Positions 18,528 to 22,968 of a stretch of 22,968 bases of DNA are shown here, piece after piece (positions within the stretch are counted from its first letter, which is position 1; each line of letters starts with the position of its first letter). The notes under the pieces were generated by a model. The model searched no databases and had not been told where the DNA came from. It saw only the letters and a program-made list of their open reading frames with translations. Origin of the DNA: a virus. Lineage: Duplodnaviria > Heunggongvirae > Uroviricota > Caudoviricetes. The DNA is taken from the IMG/VR virus record IMGVR_UViG_2541047936_000003. The stretch is one strand, 5' to 3'. The translations under genes were made by a program, and so were the position numbers.

Positions 18528-18790
18528 ATGGTGTCACGCCGCCAGCAGTTCAGCACCTGACCGCAGAAGTCACCGCAGACAGCGGGGAATACCAGGTGCT
18601 GGCGCGCTGGGACACGCCGAAGGTGGTGAAGGGGGTGAGCTTTATGCTTCGCCTGACCGTGGCAGCGGACGACGGCAGTGAGCGGTTGGTCAGCACGGCC
18701 CGGACGACGGAAACCACATATCGCTTCACGCAGCTGGCGCTGGGAAATTACAGGCTGACAGTCCGGGCGGTAAATGCATGGGGACAGCCG
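18524..18790 (+). pseudogene. internal fragment of a lambda J-like tail-tip / host-specificity protein
   Basis: Translation ...[44 protein letters not shown] matches an internal part of J; no native start; reading frame differs from nohA. Confidence 0.6.
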
Positions 18791-19086
18791 GTGCACATAC
18801 CCATTCGATGACATTTGTTTCAGGTGGTTCCAGTGGTGCTCCGGGAAGTGGATCACCTGATTATTCTAAATACAGTGTTAACACTTCTTCTGCAGGCGCT
18901 CATACGCACTCTGTATCGGGTACTGCTGCAAGCGCAGGTGCACACGCACATACTGTCGGTATTGGTGCTCATACGCACTCCGTTGCGATTGGTTCACATG
19001 GACATACCATCACCGTTAACGCTGCTGGTAACGCGGAAAACACCGTCAAAAACATCGCATTTAACTATATTGTGAGGCTTGCGTAA
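18790..19086 (+). pseudogene. C-terminal fragment of a side tail fibre (Stf) protein
   Basis: Repeated His-box motifs ([26 protein letters not shown]) and the conserved tail-fibre C-terminus [15 protein letters not shown]; joined to the J fragment in another frame. Confidence 0.65.
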
Positions 19087-19661
19087 TGGCATTCAGAATG
19101 AGTGAACAACCACGGACCATAAAAATTTATAATCTGCTGGCCGGAACTAATGAATTTATTGGTGAAGGTGACGCATATATTCCGCCTCATACAGGTCTGC
19201 CAGCAAACAGTACCGATATTGCACCGCCAGATATTCCGGCAGGCTTCGTGGCTGTTTTCAACAGTGATGAGGCATCGTGGCATCTCGTTGAAGATCATCG
19301 GGGTAAAACGGTTTATGACGTGGCATCAGGGGACGCGTTATTTATTTCTGAACTCGGTCCGTTACCGGAAAATGTTACCTGGTTATCGCCGGGAGGGGAA
19401 TATCAGAAGTGGAACGGCACAGCCTGGGTGAAGGATACGGAAGCAGAAAAACTGTTCCGGATCCGGGAGGCGGAAGAAACAAAAAACAGCCTGATGCAGA
19501 TAGCCAGTGAGCATATAGCGCCGCTTCAGGATGCTGTGGATCTGGAGATCGCAACGGAGGAAGAAACCTTGTTGCTGGAAGCCTGGAAAAAGTATCGGGT
19601 GTTGCTGAACCGTGTTGATACATCAACTGCACCGGATATTGAATGGCCAGCACTGCCGTAG
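19086..19661 (+). CDS. tfaQ: tail fibre assembly protein (Tfa family)
   Basis: 191-aa ORF immediately after the stf fragment (stop/start overlap); Tfa-like N-terminus [39 protein letters not shown]. Confidence 0.85.
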   Translation: MAFRMSEQPRTIKIYNLLAGTNEFIGEGDAYIPPHTGLPANSTDIAPPDIPAGFVAVFNSDEASWHLVEDHRGKTVYDVASGDALFISELGPLPENVTWLSPGGEYQKWNGTAWVKDTEAEKLFRIREAEETKNSLMQIASEHIAPLQDAVDLEIATEEETLLLEAWKKYRVLLNRVDTSTAPDIEWPALP

Positions 19662-19758
19662 GGTAAAACATATAAATTCTATAATTAGATGTATCTCTCC
19701 ATTTACGGCAAGGAAGGGGGCTTGGAAGACGTAAAGCATCTCACACCGAGATTATTTT

Positions 19759-20349
19759 TTATATGTCAGGTGTCTGAAGTTTTGCTTTGGCTCTTAAAAT
19801 GGTTTGCCGCGAGGTTTTGAATTCCCGGGCAATGGCACTTATACTTACACCTGACTTAATTCGTTCGAATACCACCTGTTTCTGTTCTTCATTTAACACA
19901 GGTGGTCGACCAAAACGTTTCCCTGCGCCGCGGGCTCTTACTATCCCGGAATGAGTGCGTTCAAGTAAAAGGTCTCGTTCAAATTCAGCGACTGCTGAAA
20001 TTACGTGCATCATCATTTTTCCTGTTGGACTGGTCAGGTCAATGCCCCCCAATGCTAAGCAATGCACTCTGATACCTGTTTCGGTCAGTTGTTCCACTGT
20101 TTTCCTGATATCCATTGCATTACAACCAAGGCGATCCAGTTTTGTCACAATCAATTGATCACCACATTTCAGGCGAGCAAGCAACCGGTTAAAACCAGGA
20201 CGCTCACTGGTTGCTGCTGAGCCGCTAATGTGTTCTTCGATTATTTGCTGAGGTTTGATTTTAAAACCTGCACTTTCGATTTCCCGGCGTTGATTTTCGG
20301 TGGTCTGATCCAGCGTTGATATCCGACAGTAAGCAAAAATTCGAGACAT
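19759..20349 (-). CDS. pinQ: serine DNA invertase (Pin/Gin/Hin/Cin family)
   Basis: 196 aa; N-terminal catalytic region [20 protein letters not shown] (active-site Ser in RIS) and a C-terminal HTH; adjacent to tail-fibre genes. Confidence 0.9.
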   Translation of the reverse strand: MSRIFAYCRISTLDQTTENQRREIESAGFKIKPQQIIEEHISGSAATSERPGFNRLLARLKCGDQLIVTKLDRLGCNAMDIRKTVEQLTETGIRVHCLALGGIDLTSPTGKMMMHVISAVAEFERDLLLERTHSGIVRARGAGKRFGRPPVLNEEQKQVVFERIKSGVSISAIAREFKTSRQTILRAKAKLQTPDI

Positions 20350-20665
20350 AGTGAGACTCTATACGAAATTGGTGTTCATATCATAATGCATCTCAGAAAA
20401 TAATTTTGATTATTTTTGTGCATATTTGTATGTACACGTTCGAAAATAAACGAATGCGTATGCAACCCCGTAACTTTGGTGAGACCCAAAATCGATTTTG
20501 TGAAAAATGGCTTTAACTCGGTTTGTTTTTCGAGTTCCGGGCGGACTCAAGGAAGAAGAATAGTGTTGCGTGTTATTTTAACCAGATTTCAAGTTGTTTG
20601 GTCGTGGAAAAGTGGAGCAAAATGTTGTTAAAGTGGAAAAATGATAAAAAAGTAAGTTTATTATA

Positions 20666-20899
20666 TTACATTTTACCATTTAAATTTTGGTTGTCTTTAA
20701 GAACTGATATCGCTGTTTGTAATAATTCTTTGTTATCCAGCCATGATTTTTTCTTTATGTTTCCTTCAATGTAATCAAGCAATGTTCTGGTATTGATAGG
20801 TCTTCCCTGTTTTGCTACTTCCACTACAGCATCCCCTAGGATAATTCTGACTTCAGGAAGCTGCGCAGGGAACCACTTTAGGGTGTCTTTTGATTTCAT
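20666..20899 (-). CDS. ydfK: YdfK/YnaE-like cold-shock-induced small protein
   Basis: 77 aa from the internal Met (MKSKDTLKWFPAQLPEVRIILGDAVVEVAKQGRPINTRTLLDYIEGNIKK...); the longest ORF starts at 20932. Confidence 0.7.
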   Translation of the reverse strand: MKSKDTLKWFPAQLPEVRIILGDAVVEVAKQGRPINTRTLLDYIEGNIKKKSWLDNKELLQTAISVLKDNQNLNGKM

Positions 20900-21684
20900 G
20901 AATATATTCCTTAAAATATTATTGATTTTCATTGCGATATTGTATGTCTGATTCAGGATATGTTGACTTATACATCGGTTTTGTCTGGGTTATTGGATAT
21001 GCCAATCCCTAATTTTATTAGAGCATGACTAAAAATGCTGAATATGATAAGGAGCGAAGTGATTATCAGTATGCTGTTCATATAGCCTCGAATTAGTAAT
21101 GTGTTATATATGATATAGTTGACAATTTTTATCCTGGGTGTTCTTAAAGTTCGTAGATAAACATTGTCGTTTCAGGTATACAGGAATGCTAACAGATGGC
21201 GGCAAAAATCAGGCGGTTTATGGCGCAAGCTGAAGTGGCAACTGCAAACTATCTTATGCAGAGACTCTACACGGATTGGGTTTAAAAGTATACATAGATA
21301 ACAGTTTTTATCTGAAGAAGAAAAATATCAAGGTGATATAGCCTATATGCCTTTGATGTGGAGGAATGAATGTGATGGGAGTGATGTATCTGAATAGTTG
21401 AAAAACCGCAGACACGCCTTATGCAAGAACGTGCTGCGGTTGGCTGGTAAATTTTTCGATAGTGCGAGTATTGAATGATTTCCAGCCGTTATTGATTTTA
21501 CGCGTAACTCCATGAAAAAACTACTTATCTGTTGAGGAGTTTTTTTGGGGCATATATGGGACAGAAATGGGCCCCAGATAGACACTGAGATCGAACTTAG
21601 GATGCTTTTTAAAAAATGCAACTATCTGAAAAAACCTAGAAAACGCCAAGGAAACCACAGGATGGGAAAAAACACCTGTGAATT

Positions 21685-22968
21685 ATGGATTTCCAGTTAT
21701 ATTCGCTCGGCGCAGCGTTAGTGTTTCATGAAATATTTTTTCCTGAATCATCAACGGCAATGGCGTTAATTCTGGCAATGGGAACCTACGGTGCAGGTTA
21801 TGTGGCGCGTATTGTCGGAGCATTTATTTTCGGCAAAATGGGCGACAGAATAGGGCGTAAAAAAGTGCTCTTTATTACCATCACCATGATGGGGATCTGT
21901 ACCACCTTAATTGGTGTGTTACCGACCTATGCACAGATTGGTGTTTTTGCACCCATCTTGCTGGTGACGTTGCGTATTATTCAGGGGTTGGGTGCAGGTG
22001 CGGAAATTTCCGGTGCCGGTACGATGCTGGCGGAATATGCGCCAAAAGGTAAGCGCGGAATTATCTCCTCATTTGTGGCTATGGGAACTAACTGCGGAAC
22101 CTTGAGCGCAACGGCAATCTGGGCCTTTATGTTCTTCATTCTCAGTAAAGAGGAACTGCTGGCGTGGGGATGGCGTATACCGTTCCTGGCGAGTGTTGTC
22201 GTGATGGTCTTTGCTATCTGGTTGCGTATGAATCTGAAAGAAAGCCCGGTCTTTGAGAAGGTTAACGACAGTAACCAACCGACAGCAAAACCTGCACCTG
22301 CTGGTAGCATGTTCCAGAGCAAATCCTTCTGGCTGGCAACAGGGCTGCGTTTTGGTCAGGCGGGTAACTCCGGGTTAATTCAGACTTTCCTTGCAGGCTA
22401 TTTAGTGCAGACGTTATTGTTTAACAAAGCAATTCCAACAGATGCATTGATGATCAGTTCGATTCTCGGCTTTATGACCATTCCGTTCCTTGGTTGGTTA
22501 TCCGATAAAATTGGTCGCCGGATCCCGTATATTATTATGAATACCTCCGCGATTGTGCTGGCATGGCCAATGCTTTCTATCATTGTAGATAAAAGCTATG
22601 CCCCGAGCACCATTATGGTTGCACTGATTGTGATTCATAACTGTGCGGTGCTGGGATTATTTGCTCTGGAAAACATTACCATGGCAGAAATGTTCGGCTG
22701 TAAAAACCGCTTTACCCGGATGGCTATTTCTAAAGAAATTGGTGGTCTTATCGCTTCCGGTTTTGGTCCTATCCTGGCGGGTATTTTCTGCACCATGACG
22801 GAATCCTGGTATCCGATCGCCATTATGATCATGGCATATTCAGTGATTGGTTTAATCTCTGCGCTGAAAATGCCAGAGGTGAAAGACCGTGATTTAAGTG
22901 CGCTGGAAGACGCTGCGGAAGATCAACCGCGTGTTGTAAGAGCTGCGCAACCTTCCAGAAGTCTGTAA
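21685..22968 (+). CDS. ydfJ: MFS metabolite:H+ symporter-family transporter, 5'-truncated
   Basis: 427 aa with multiple TM segments and an MFS loop motif GKMGDRIGRKK; the ORF begins inside the conserved TM1 (E-W-Y-DF-x-x-Y region, here MDFQLYSL) and an in-frame TGA lies 6 nt upstream, so the native N-terminus is absent. Confidence 0.85.
   Translation: MDFQLYSLGAALVFHEIFFPESSTAMALILAMGTYGAGYVARIVGAFIFGKMGDRIGRKKVLFITITMMGICTTLIGVLPTYAQIGVFAPILLVTLRIIQGLGAGAEISGAGTMLAEYAPKGKRGIISSFVAMGTNCGTLSATAIWAFMFFILSKEELLAWGWRIPFLASVVVMVFAIWLRMNLKESPVFEKVNDSNQPTAKPAPAGSMFQSKSFWLATGLRFGQAGNSGLIQTFLAGYLVQTLLFNKAIPTDALMISSILGFMTIPFLGWLSDKIGRRIPYIIMNTSAIVLAWPMLSIIVDKSYAPSTIMVALIVIHNCAVLGLFALENITMAEMFGCKNRFTRMAISKEIGGLIASGFGPILAGIFCTMTESWYPIAIMIMAYSVIGLISALKMPEVKDRDLSALEDAAEDQPRVVRAAQPSRSL

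Noticed and set aside
18101-18856. 251-aa ORF on the minus strand
   Set aside because: Fully antisense to the well-supported Nu1-like and J-fragment coding sequence; Arg/Ser/Cys-rich composition typical of a shadow frame in GC-rich coding DNA.
18880-19020. Possible CRISPR-like or tandem DNA repeat array
   Set aside because: The periodicity comes from repeated His-box codons within a tail-fibre reading frame; there are no spacer-repeat units or a leader, and no cas genes in the window.
19662-20420. gix/pix-type 26-bp inversion crossover site near pinQ
   Set aside because: I searched by eye for the AAACC-N-GGTTT core with TTATC-like arms near the tfa end and upstream of pin and found no convincing match; the only GGTTT...AAACC pair (about 20237-20253) is in the wrong relative orientation and lies inside the pin coding region.
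20416-20774. Plus-strand ORFs of 71 and 83 aa between pinQ and ydfK
   Set aside because: Cys/Phe-rich shadow translations of AT-rich intergenic DNA; the second overlaps ydfK on the opposite strand.
21343-21621. 92-aa minus-strand ORF in the AT-rich region before the transporter gene
   Set aside because: No SD, low-complexity translation, lies in a probable promoter/junction region; likely spurious.

Overview
This window reads as a defective (cryptic) lambdoid prophage of the E. coli Qin type, with its right-hand junction inside a 5'-truncated MFS transporter gene (ydfJ-like) at about 21.68 kb. All identifications rest on reading the ORF translations and motifs against remembered protein families; no database search was run. 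Left to right: an int/xis-like/DEDDh-exonuclease module (20-2429, minus strand); an IS629 copy (2466-3775) with no target-site duplication; a methyltransferase-like gene and three small co-directional ORFs, each broken by a single in-frame stop; a small two-helix membrane protein; a second DDE (rve-type) transposase with undefined element ends; then a Qin-like backbone: flxA (with a sigma-28 promoter), ydfV, relB-relE-hokD, rem, ydfU, quuQ, cold-shock genes cspF/cspB/cspI, a lysis cassette (holin, SAR endolysin, Rz with embedded Rz1), gnsB, ydfO, a lambda-identical cos site, a Nu1-like terminase small subunit fused out of frame to J and Stf fragments, tfaQ, pinQ and ydfK. I found no tRNA, rRNA or CRISPR array. 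I do not see a clearly novel multi-gene system; the best candidate for undescribed biology is the accessory island at 3.8-7.5 kb, followed by several small structured or non-canonical elements listed in the findings.
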